Below, one piece after another: positions 27,701 to 36,831 of a DNA stretch of 64,000 nucleotides. Positions within the stretch are counted from its first letter, which is position 1. Every line of letters starts with the position of its first letter. The notes beneath the pieces are model-generated. The model was not told the DNA's origin. It did no database searches and saw only the letters and a program-made list of their open reading frames with translations. Made by a program: the position numbers and the translations under genes. The DNA comes from Candidatus Poribacteria bacterium (lineage in GTDB: Bacteria; Poribacteria; WGA-4E; PCPOR2b). The stretch is taken from positions 2,336,001 to 2,400,000 of the forward strand of contig OZ242351.1 in the NCBI GenBank assembly GCA_965208675.1. Direction: 5' to 3'.

Positions 27701-28465
27701 ATGAGGAGGATAGCTTACTGTTTCATTGCGATTACTGTATTTTTCAGCCTGATTTCCGTTAAAGCTCCGGCTGACCTTGTTGACGGACTGGTTGCCGCTT
27801 GGTTGCTCGATGAGGGAAAAGGGGCTGTTATGAAAGATGCTGTCGGTGACCACGACGGCGAAATTGATGGCGGGGAATGGACTGATGACGCCAAGAGCGG
27901 AAAGTCTGCCTATCGGCTTGCGGGTCAAACGCTCATTACGGTTAAAAATTCGAAGGACATTGATATCCTAAAGGACGGGTTTACGATCGCGCACTGGATT
28001 AACCCCAAACAGGGCGGCGCGATTATGGATAAATCGGGGGATGACGGTTCGAGAATTCAGTGGTACATCCTTGGCGACAAACGCCACCATTGGGGCATCG
28101 GCGGGGCATGGGGGTTTTCGGATGGCAATCCGGTTCCCAATTTTAACGAATGGTATCACTTCGCATGGTCGCATGAACCAGATGAAGCGAGCATTGTTTA
28201 TCGTGACGGGGAGGAAGTTGGCATGAACCGCCTCGGGGCAGTTCCAGAAACCGGGAGGGATATGCACTTTGGCAACCGGTTGCCTTGGGAGGGCCGGCAA
28301 GAGTGGTTCAATGGGATATTGGACGATATCGGTTTCTGGAATCGACCGTTGTCCGAGGATGAGGTCAATGAACTCATTGAGAAAGGGCTGCCAAATTTCC
28401 TCGCCGTGTCACCACAGGGCAAATTAGCGACGACGTGGGCAACACTGAAAACTCGCCTGAATTAG
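27701..28465 (+). CDS. Secreted LamG-like jellyroll protein with C-terminal TTW tail
   Basis: Signal peptide, LVAAWLLDEG.G, EWYHFAW, FNGILDDIGFWNRPLS, tail AVSPQGKLATTWATLK. Confidence 0.88.
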   Translation: MRRIAYCFIAITVFFSLISVKAPADLVDGLVAAWLLDEGKGAVMKDAVGDHDGEIDGGEWTDDAKSGKSAYRLAGQTLITVKNSKDIDILKDGFTIAHWINPKQGGAIMDKSGDDGSRIQWYILGDKRHHWGIGGAWGFSDGNPVPNFNEWYHFAWSHEPDEASIVYRDGEEVGMNRLGAVPETGRDMHFGNRLPWEGRQEWFNGILDDIGFWNRPLSEDEVNELIEKGLPNFLAVSPQGKLATTWATLKTRLN

Positions 28466-28799
28466 CGAATCTGCTGAGATATACTTAAAGTGGACGTGAA
28501 AAAGGTCCAAACGCAACCCAACAAGTGTTTTTCGGGAATTTGCACTCCAATCCAAAAAATCGAGTTTGGTCAGCAACAAAGAGAGGAGGTGTGTTGCGTT
28601 ATTGCTTAAGTTTGGGGCGCCGTGAAAGATTTAACCTTGCGCATTTCAGAATTGTACATCTAAACACGCTTTTTCTCATGAATTCCAAACCCAAACATTA
28701 TTGTGACGAGATATTACAGATTCTAGGTTGTTCGGTGGTTTTGCCGGTTGTTGGTACGATAATTTGCACAAAAAAATGCTTTGAATAGGGAGGCTTGAC

Positions 28800-29576
28800 A
28801 TGTATAGATTTTTCATTAAACACGCTTTTTATTTGATCGCCCTCATAGCCATGATTGCCAATTCGGCGGTTTTCGCGGCGATAGATGGCAATTTAGTGGC
28901 ATACTGGGGTTGTGATGAGGGCTCTGGAAATACCCTCAACGATAGCGCCGGGGGACATACCGGTATGCTGTCAGCGGGCATTGCGTTTGTGGACGACACT
29001 CCCTCTAACTCTGGTACGGCGTTGGATTTTACGGCTGGCGGCGATCCTTTGATTACTGTGGAAGATGCGCCCGACCTCAACAACTGGGATCCTGGGTTCA
29101 CTGTTGCCATGTGGATTTGTCCTCGCGGCGGTGGCTCACTGATGGATAAGTCGGAGAGCGATGCTGTTAGAGTCCAATGGTATGTCCTGGGCGACCAACG
29201 CATGCATTGGGGTCATGGCGGCTCGTGGGGTTTCTCTGACGACATGCCGTTTCCCGCATTTGGCGAATGGCACCATGTCGCATGGACACACGACATGGCG
29301 CAGAGCGTCGTGTATATCGACGGCAACGTGGCGGGCACCACTGAATTCGAGGGGCCAATCCCTGACACCACGGGAGCCGTGTTATACTTTGGCAACCGTC
29401 TAGTCCATGAAGGGCGAGCGGAATGGTACAATGGGAAGATGGATGAAATCGGCCTATGGAACCGGGCACTATCCGCCGATGAAATCGGAGCGCTTGCCGG
29501 TGGGGAAATTCCCACGGCGGTCTTGCCGCAGGATAAACTCGCGACGACATGGGCGGACCTTAAATCTCACGATTAG
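28800..29576 (+). CDS. Secreted LamG-like jellyroll protein, paralogue of 27701-28465
   Basis: LVAYWGCDEGSG, EWHHVAW, YNGKMDEIGLWNRALS, tail AVLPQDKLATTWADLK. Confidence 0.88.
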   Translation: MYRFFIKHAFYLIALIAMIANSAVFAAIDGNLVAYWGCDEGSGNTLNDSAGGHTGMLSAGIAFVDDTPSNSGTALDFTAGGDPLITVEDAPDLNNWDPGFTVAMWICPRGGGSLMDKSESDAVRVQWYVLGDQRMHWGHGGSWGFSDDMPFPAFGEWHHVAWTHDMAQSVVYIDGNVAGTTEFEGPIPDTTGAVLYFGNRLVHEGRAEWYNGKMDEIGLWNRALSADEIGALAGGEIPTAVLPQDKLATTWADLKSHD

Positions 29577-29749
29577 CCCGTGAGGTGTGTTTGCAAAGGT
29601 TTGCACGCAGTTTGAGGCTGAAATAAACTACCGGGGCAAATTTCAGATAAAGGAATTCAATTCAAATCCTATATCTGGGATTTGCCTTTTTTTCGTTAGT
29701 AGCGAATTTGGAGGGGAAAAAATCGCGGGAGAAATGCTAATCGAAAAGG

Positions 29750-31108
29750 CTATAGTTTCTTTGCTGCTTTAAATTTTTGGGTTGCAAACTGGCGCCACTC
29801 CTTGAGTTTGGTATTGCGATAATCCGGCTTGTGCCACTTGCTTTGGGCAATTCGCATGGCTTCTTCTTCTGAAATTGGTAATTCGACCAGCTTTCGGATT
29901 GCCGCCTGCCGTTTTTCCATATCTCTTGTTTCATTAATGGCTTTCCACGCATTGACCAAATCTCTGTGCGAGTCAATGACGAGCGCGCCGATAAGATCGC
30001 TCACAATGTCCCAACGCTTCCCACCCTTCTCTGCATTATACCGAATGGGTGTCAGTTTTAGTTCAAACGGATTCGATACTGCGCAGCGTTCACCGAGTTC
30101 ATAATAGAGGGTAGGAATCACGCTGCAACGGTTCAATTCATACTCTTTGGGACCGTCGGGATCGGTAATAGGCAACATCCATAGCTTTTGCCCTTCATCC
30201 GAAAGCACAAACTCGATGAACTGTTGAGCCGCTTCCAAATTCGGCGCACCTTTCAGTATCGCTATGGAATCCGGGCCCACAACGGCTGCATCCGACGGCA
30301 CGATATATCCGATCGCATCCGCTCCAATTACAGCAATCTCCGCATAGGCGTAAAAATCGATTGCCATTCCATAGATAACTTGCCCCGACGTAACATCTCT
30401 GGGAATCCTACTCGAGGCAGCGGGGAACATTCTGACATTTGCACCCAATTGCGTAATTAACGCAAACCCTTTTTCCCAACCGTAGCCCTGAAGGATGATT
30501 TCGTACATCATGTGCGCGCTGCCGCTTTCGCGCGGGTCTGCCGCACCCACTCGGCCAATCAATTCGGGGCGCGTCAAATCTTTCCATGTTCGGACTTCGG
30601 GCAAGCCGAGACGTTGACGAAGGTTTTCATTGTACATGATCCCGAAACTTGATAGCGCTGTGCCATACCATCGATATTCCGTATCATACACGGGAATCCC
30701 ATAGAACGCTTTAGGAATTCCATGCAATTGTTCTGCAGGCAGTTTGTACGGAACTAGCAGACCTCTGTCGGCAAGCTTGAGGTAATTATCCGTCCCTCCC
30801 CCAAAAAAAAGATCGATGCCGATGCCTCCGGGAACACGCTGAAATTCGGATTCGATAAATCGAAAATTGGACGATGTCCCACCTGAATCTATCCAATCAA
30901 GAGTAATCTGCCTTCCAATTTTGTTTTCGTACCACTCCCTGAAACTCCTGCTAAATTCCGTTTCGATTCCCTCCCAGTGCGGGGAAATAATCACTAGATT
31001 GTCCTGGGCAGTCGCTGCGTCGGTCAAGCAAAGGATAACGGTGAAACTGAACAACAGAATTACCGCACAGATTGGGGTACAGTTTTGCGCTCGCATAGGC
31101 AAATCCAT
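29750..31108 (-). CDS. ABC transporter extracellular solute-binding protein (Fe3+/AfuA-like family)
   Basis: LVIISPH, DLFFGGG, GIMYN, TWKDL, ADPRESGS, PDSIAILKGAPN.EAA..FIEFVLS.EGQ. Confidence 0.85.
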   Translation of the reverse strand: MDLPMRAQNCTPICAVILLFSFTVILCLTDAATAQDNLVIISPHWEGIETEFSRSFREWYENKIGRQITLDWIDSGGTSSNFRFIESEFQRVPGGIGIDLFFGGGTDNYLKLADRGLLVPYKLPAEQLHGIPKAFYGIPVYDTEYRWYGTALSSFGIMYNENLRQRLGLPEVRTWKDLTRPELIGRVGAADPRESGSAHMMYEIILQGYGWEKGFALITQLGANVRMFPAASSRIPRDVTSGQVIYGMAIDFYAYAEIAVIGADAIGYIVPSDAAVVGPDSIAILKGAPNLEAAQQFIEFVLSDEGQKLWMLPITDPDGPKEYELNRCSVIPTLYYELGERCAVSNPFELKLTPIRYNAEKGGKRWDIVSDLIGALVIDSHRDLVNAWKAINETRDMEKRQAAIRKLVELPISEEEAMRIAQSKWHKPDYRNTKLKEWRQFATQKFKAAKKL

Positions 31109-31547
31109 AAATTAAAGACTTAAAAAAACGGATAGAAAAAAACGGCGAGATAATCAGAAGGGTAAATGGCGGGTGATTGTAGGCATTTGCCACATCAACA
31201 CCAAAATCACGGAGAGAAGAATCATATACCATACAACTCGCTTCCATGAACCACGTCTTCTACCTTGGTCAAGGCGGTTTGAAATCTTCATGGTGTCGTA
31301 CCTGCTGTGTTTCGAAAAGTAAAGTTCTTCGTAAGATTATGCGCCGCTAATTTCGGTGCAAATTTCAATCCTTGGCTTTGAACATTTGGGACGCAACCAT
31401 GCCACAAACTCAACCCGCGTCACAATAGAACACCGCCTCAACTTGTCGACTACGTCTTTTACGGTTGCGCATCTGATAAAGAACTAATGCGATATCACAC
31501 CTGATTGGATGTGCAAAACCAATTTTTCTGAAATTGTGTGATAACTG

Positions 31548-32462
31548 CTAATTCCTGTGCTGTTCCGCGGGAATTACCGACTTTATCTGGCGGGCATGGA
31601 TTACGGAAATACCGTAACTGAAAACTTCCTCGACAGAAAATTCAAACCCGCTATGGTGGATTTTCTCACCCTGTTCCGGCAATCGACCGAATAGGCTCAA
31701 GATGAGCCCACCGATTGTATCACATCGATCACTCTTAATGTTTGTGCCGAATGATGAATTAATCATATCTATTGATGTCCGCGCATCAACAATCCATGAA
31801 CCGTTGTCGAGGAGTTCAACCGGCGGGGTATGCCGTTTGTGATTGTAACGTATCTCACCTACGATTTGCTCAATTATGTCTTCCAAAGTGACAAATCCAA
31901 CGCACCCTGCATGCTCATCAATGACAATTGCAATGGGGTCTTCAGCGATACGCAGCTCCTCAAGTAGATCACTCGTGAGTTTTGTCTCGGGGACATAGTA
32001 GGCTGGTCGAATAAGAGAATTCAGTTCGTTCAATTTCTGGGGTGCATACAGAACATCGGAGATGCTCACGATTCCAGTCAGTCGATCGATACGTTCTTCA
32101 TAGACAGGAATGTATTGATAGTTGGAGTGACGCACTATTGCCTTCACCTGTTCGATGGGTGTTGCGACGTGAACGGCGATGATTTCTGACAACGGAATCA
32201 TGACCTCTCGCGCAGTAGTCGTCGAAAGTGAAAAAATTCCGCGCAACATGCGTGATTCGTTAGCTGAAAAAGTATCAATCCATTCAAGGAGAAATTCTAA
32301 AACCTGTTCCCTCGTCGGTCCGACCTTATTATTTCGCCTCCGTTTGACGAACACGCTTTTTTTATCGTCAGTATTTGCTACCCTAGACGGAAGGGTCGGT
32401 TGTTGATTCGATCGAGCAACAAGTTGATCTTGTTTATTGATTACTTTGCTAATAAAGCCCAT
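31548..32462 (-). CDS. HlyC/CorC-family CBS-domain protein
   Basis: TAREVMIP, IPVYEERID, YYVPETK, IVIDEH.G..GFVTLEDIIEQIVGEI, DTIGGLI. Confidence 0.9.
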   Translation of the reverse strand: MGFISKVINKQDQLVARSNQQPTLPSRVANTDDKKSVFVKRRRNNKVGPTREQVLEFLLEWIDTFSANESRMLRGIFSLSTTTAREVMIPLSEIIAVHVATPIEQVKAIVRHSNYQYIPVYEERIDRLTGIVSISDVLYAPQKLNELNSLIRPAYYVPETKLTSDLLEELRIAEDPIAIVIDEHAGCVGFVTLEDIIEQIVGEIRYNHKRHTPPVELLDNGSWIVDARTSIDMINSSFGTNIKSDRCDTIGGLILSLFGRLPEQGEKIHHSGFEFSVEEVFSYGISVIHARQIKSVIPAEQHRN

Positions 32463-32720
32463 GGGTACGTGTGGTAGGTTGATTCTAACCTTGAGATTTG
32501 CTCCAATTTGCTTTTTCGTTTTTTCTTAAAAGTGGAAGAATTACCCTGTTAAAATTACAGTGCAAAGAAACACAACATGTGCAAAAAATTTCTGCTATTC
32601 CGTCAACAAATTTACCTCATTTTGAATTAAAGTATGGGGAAAATGTGCTCCATATCCAACCAATTTTGTGTGGTATGCTTTTTACCGATGGAATCATCCG
32701 GTTTATATGGATTCCCTAGT

Positions 32721-33419
32721 TCATCGCGCGGATTTGACCCGACCCCACGTGGCTGCGAGTTTTCCATTTAAATCCACAGACCGAGGACGGCCTGGACCAC
32801 CCTCCTTAATATCTTCACCGGTAATCTCGACATGATCAAATCGTGCTTGGGCGCCAGAAACCACCAGCCCCGCTTGGCCGGATTTAAGGGGTTGGAGATC
32901 CCGCGCTGCAAAAACCTCATCATCAATCCGAAATTCGAGCAGATCACCGTTGACCGATGCCTTAAGTTCGTACCACTTCTCTATATCTCCAACAAAGGGA
33001 AAATTTCGAATGAACCAGATTTGTGGTGTGGCTTTAATGATCCTTGAGGTTCCAAGCGTAAAATTGATGAAAAACAGGTAACGCTCATCCAGCTCACCGC
33101 GGTCGTACAAAGTAAGCCCTACACTCGCTGGGAGGTGTTTTTCCTGCACAAGCTTTACTCTGCATGAGAGGGAATAGTTGTTCCAATCCATATCCCCCGT
33201 TAGCCACAAACTCATAAAACCGGGTTCGAAGATCTGTCCTACGGCCTCGCCTTCGTCAACCCACCATTTTTCCACGCGGCGATCCAAATTATAGATAGCC
33301 CACTCTGGTTCTCGTCCATCTTCGAAATCGTCGCGCCATGTGCCAGCAAACCCGAAATTACCGTACGTCAGCACACCAATTTGAAAGACGAAAACCCATA
33401 GAACAAGGACGGATTTCAT
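32721..33419 (-). CDS. Secreted lectin-like (DUF1080-type) protein with C-terminal TTW-like tail
   Basis: Signal peptide, WRDDFEDG, W.NYSLS, KWYELK, SGQAGL...ARFDHV, tail SVDLNGKLAATWGRVK. Confidence 0.75.
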   Translation of the reverse strand: MKSVLVLWVFVFQIGVLTYGNFGFAGTWRDDFEDGREPEWAIYNLDRRVEKWWVDEGEAVGQIFEPGFMSLWLTGDMDWNNYSLSCRVKLVQEKHLPASVGLTLYDRGELDERYLFFINFTLGTSRIIKATPQIWFIRNFPFVGDIEKWYELKASVNGDLLEFRIDDEVFAARDLQPLKSGQAGLVVSGAQARFDHVEITGEDIKEGGPGRPRSVDLNGKLAATWGRVKSAR

Positions 33420-33454
33420 CTTGCAATTTTCCTCTCATTGAAGGGCTTCCGAAA

Positions 33455-33483
33455 ATAGTAGCAAATAGCCATTCATGTGTCAA
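33455..33483 (-). promoter_or_regulatory. sigma70 promoter for 32721-33419
   Basis: TTGACA-N17-TACTAT. Confidence 0.6.
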
Positions 33484-33744
33484 GCAAAATTCGGGGATAT
33501 ATTGGTAGTAGTTATGGGAAGGTTGGTTTTGTATTGATTTGAGTTACTTATATGATAAAGAAGCAGGTTTGAATGTGAATCCCATTCTATAGTATAATAT
33601 CTGCGCCGGGCAGCGCGGATTTGACTATCAGGGAGTATCCCTTCCTAGCTTCCGCATTTTCCGTTGAAGCTAAAATCCGAGATTGGGATTGCCTTGATTG
33701 CTACCACACAAATTTCGAAGAAATTTCGTACATTATAACGAACG

Positions 33745-35394
33745 ATGATACGCCCTCATTTGAATTTTCAACGCAAGCTAATGGCGGTATTTGTGGGGCT
33801 TACCTTGCTTCCCACGCTTGTCCTTGTTCTCGTGTCTTACCATCTGATTGGTCGAAGCATTGAACGGTGGGCAGGTCATCAGATTGCCAATACTTTGGAA
33901 AATTCGGCTTTAATTTTGCGTGATGCAAAGGAACTCGCCCATAACCTTGAGCTTCACGAAACCGACTTATTGACACACGTTGCCGAGATTTTAGCGGTCG
34001 ATTTTGATTTGGTTGCAGGATTAGATTCGCTTAATCTTGAAGCTGTTGGCATACGGGCGGATGAACTTGCCGATGATAACGCAGAATACCTCATTGCTTT
34101 GTATGATCGATTGGGGAACAGAATTTTCACCAGCGTTTCCTCGGACTTGCCGCCGCTCAATCTCGCCGAATTTCTGAATCCCTTGTATGAATTGCCTGAT
34201 GCCCCTACAGTTTCCCAGGAGTTGGAAAATCAAGGGTATTTGATATGTGGGATGCCAATCTTTTCGGAAGATGGCGTCCAACGATTGGGTGCCATTGTCG
34301 TCGGAAAATCAATGCCGCTGACACCGGCTCAGACACGTTCTCAGATGGCCTCCATCAAAAGCAGCCTTGGGAGCATCAAAAGCCAACTCGGCACGTTGGA
34401 GTCCAATATGGATGCGGGAGGGACGGTAAACCGCCGAACAGAAAAGCGAACAACTTCTATAGCGCTGGTAATCACAGCAGTTTTGGTAATTGCTCTGTCC
34501 TTTTGGGTGAGTCGTACCCTCGCTAGGGGAATTAACACGCCAATCCAATCACTAGTTGCCGGCACAAAACAGATTGCCGATGGAAATCTTGACTACAAGG
34601 TCGAGGTGCTAACTGATGATGAATTTGCCGATTTAGCGAGGGCGTTCAACCGGATGGGGAACGACCTCAAGAAACGCACTGAAGAACTCAAACGCGCCGA
34701 ACAAATTGCGGCATGGCAGGACGTCGCACAAAAACTGGCGCATGAGATAAAGAATCCGCTGACCCCAATCCAGTTGTCGGCGCAACGCCTACAGCGCCGC
34801 TACCAGAACGATGACGAAGACTTTGGGGAGCTTCTAGATCGCTGTACACAAACCATCATCACTGAAGTTGAGGGGTTAAGGCATCTGCTTGACGAGTTTT
34901 CCCTGCTTGCCCGGATGCCATCCCCCCAGATCGCGTCCGTCAACTTACGCGAGACAATTGATGAAACCTTGGACCTATTCGACAACGTACCGTCGAATTT
35001 TGACTGCCAAATTGATGCTTCACCAGACCTGCCTCTAGTGACCGCAGACGCGGAGTATCTGAAACGCGCCTTTTTCAATTTGATTAAAAACGCGCTGGAA
35101 GCCATGACGGAAATGAACAAACCCGTGCTTACGATTCGTGCCTTTACGTCAGCAGACTCATCAAAAGTGTGTGTGCAGTTTTCCGATACAGGTCCGGGAA
35201 TACCCCCTGAAATGAGACCAAAGTTGTTCATGCCGCACGTGTCTGGCAAGAAAGAGGGGATGGGACTTGGACTGGCAATTGTAAAGAAAATTCTCACAGA
35301 TCTTGGCGGCGACATTCGCGTTGAGGAAACTAGGTTCGATTCGGCCGGAGCGACTTTTACGTTATGGTTGAAAGCAGTTGATGCTGAAGCGTGA
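33745..35394 (+). CDS. Sensor histidine kinase, NtrY-like (2 TM, HAMP, HisKA, HATPase)
   Basis: AWQDVAQKLAHEIKNPLTPIQLSAQRL, NLIKNA, DTGPG, GMGLGLAIV. Confidence 0.93.
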   Translation: MIRPHLNFQRKLMAVFVGLTLLPTLVLVLVSYHLIGRSIERWAGHQIANTLENSALILRDAKELAHNLELHETDLLTHVAEILAVDFDLVAGLDSLNLEAVGIRADELADDNAEYLIALYDRLGNRIFTSVSSDLPPLNLAEFLNPLYELPDAPTVSQELENQGYLICGMPIFSEDGVQRLGAIVVGKSMPLTPAQTRSQMASIKSSLGSIKSQLGTLESNMDAGGTVNRRTEKRTTSIALVITAVLVIALSFWVSRTLARGINTPIQSLVAGTKQIADGNLDYKVEVLTDDEFADLARAFNRMGNDLKKRTEELKRAEQIAAWQDVAQKLAHEIKNPLTPIQLSAQRLQRRYQNDDEDFGELLDRCTQTIITEVEGLRHLLDEFSLLARMPSPQIASVNLRETIDETLDLFDNVPSNFDCQIDASPDLPLVTADAEYLKRAFFNLIKNALEAMTEMNKPVLTIRAFTSADSSKVCVQFSDTGPGIPPEMRPKLFMPHVSGKKEGMGLGLAIVKKILTDLGGDIRVEETRFDSAGATFTLWLKAVDAEA

Positions 35395-35419
35395 GTTGAC
35401 AGCGATTGCGTACATTTAG

Positions 35420-36748
35420 ATGAAAACAAGACGGGTTGTAACTGCATTCTTGGCACATAGCGGAAAAATCCTGCTGCTGAAACGTAGTAGCAAAGTCAGG
35501 ACATATCCAGGGCGCTGGGCGGGCATCAGTGGTTCGATAGAACAAGGCGATGCATCCCCTGATGAAAGAGTCCTGAAGGAGATAGAAGAGGAGACTGGAC
35601 TTTGCCCGGAAGATATTCAATTCGTAAGAAAGGGCAAACCGGTAAGAATCGCGGATGAAAACCGGATTTGGATGGTTTACCCCTTTCTCTACAATGTGTC
35701 AAACCCGGTCAAAATCTGCACAAATTGGGAGCATACCGACAAACTATGGATTGAGCCGGGTGAGATTACAGCGCATAATACCGTCCCAAACCTAGCGCAA
35801 ACGTTCGATAGCGTCTATCTGAGAAAAGGGCTTTCCAATCGCATTGCTGACATTGAAGCAGATCGGACACACGGTGCGTCAGAACTTGCGCTAACGGCGT
35901 TGCATGTATTGAAAAGGGAAACTACTGAAGTACGCGCCAAATCTCCGGACGCCCTGCTTACGCATTTGTCCAACGTCGCATGGCATCTGCGTAGGACTAG
36001 GCCAAGCATGGCCCCATTAACAAATGCGACTGCTTTCGTGCTCTACCACGCCATGAGGGAACCAATTAAACCCAAGCGGGTTTCTAATCTGAGAGCGCTA
36101 ATCTCTGACAAAATTGATGAATATGAGACGAATTGCAGGAACGCCTCGAAAATCATCTCGCACCAAACCGAGAGTTTGCTAGCAGATAATACAACCATCC
36201 TGACACATAGCTACAGTGGAACGGTTGTAAATGCAATTACGAGTTCAAGCAGAGAAAACTTACACATCATTGTCACCGAATCTAGGCCATTATATGAAGG
36301 CGTCAAGACCGCCAATCGCCTGTCGGAGAAATACGATGTTACTCTCATCACCGATGCACAAGCGGGATATTTTATTGGACAAGCGGATATCGTGTTAATC
36401 GGTGCGGATACCGTTCTTGCGGATGGGGCAGTGGTGAACAAGGTGGGTACGCATCTGATTGCGCTTGCAGCCGAAAGGCAATACGTGCCGGTATACGCCC
36501 TCTGCCAAACAAGCAAATTTAAGCCCTTAACCCGCGATAATGAATCAACAATCGAGTTGGAAGAGATGGACTGTTCCGAGGTAATATCGGAGGGGGTTCA
36601 AAAGGTAAAGGTTAGAAACATCTACTTTGACGTAACACCCGCGGAGTTGATTCGCGGCATCGTCACGGAGCGCGGCATTCTGACGACCAACGACGTATTA
36701 CCGATTGCTAAGGATATGGCTGAATATGAGAGAGTTTGGCAAATGTGA
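35420..36748 (+). CDS. NUDIX hydrolase fused to an eIF-2B/sugar-phosphate isomerase-like domain
   Basis: YPGRWAGISGSIE...KEIEEETGL Nudix box; DRTHGASELA, RPSMA, THSYS, ESRPLYEG, GAD.V..DG.VVNKVGT, RNIYFDVTP. Confidence 0.88.
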   Translation: MKTRRVVTAFLAHSGKILLLKRSSKVRTYPGRWAGISGSIEQGDASPDERVLKEIEEETGLCPEDIQFVRKGKPVRIADENRIWMVYPFLYNVSNPVKICTNWEHTDKLWIEPGEITAHNTVPNLAQTFDSVYLRKGLSNRIADIEADRTHGASELALTALHVLKRETTEVRAKSPDALLTHLSNVAWHLRRTRPSMAPLTNATAFVLYHAMREPIKPKRVSNLRALISDKIDEYETNCRNASKIISHQTESLLADNTTILTHSYSGTVVNAITSSSRENLHIIVTESRPLYEGVKTANRLSEKYDVTLITDAQAGYFIGQADIVLIGADTVLADGAVVNKVGTHLIALAAERQYVPVYALCQTSKFKPLTRDNESTIELEEMDCSEVISEGVQKVKVRNIYFDVTPAELIRGIVTERGILTTNDVLPIAKDMAEYERVWQM

Positions 36749-36831
36749 GTCGGAATGGACAATCGACCGCATTTACTATGCCGATTCATAAAAAACTCAC
36801 GCTTCGGAGCTTAGTGTCTATGTTCAATTGG

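Noticed and set aside
31109-31547. Possible riboswitch upstream of the solute-binding protein
   Set aside because: No known aptamer consensus recognised by eye; an Rfam scan would be needed.
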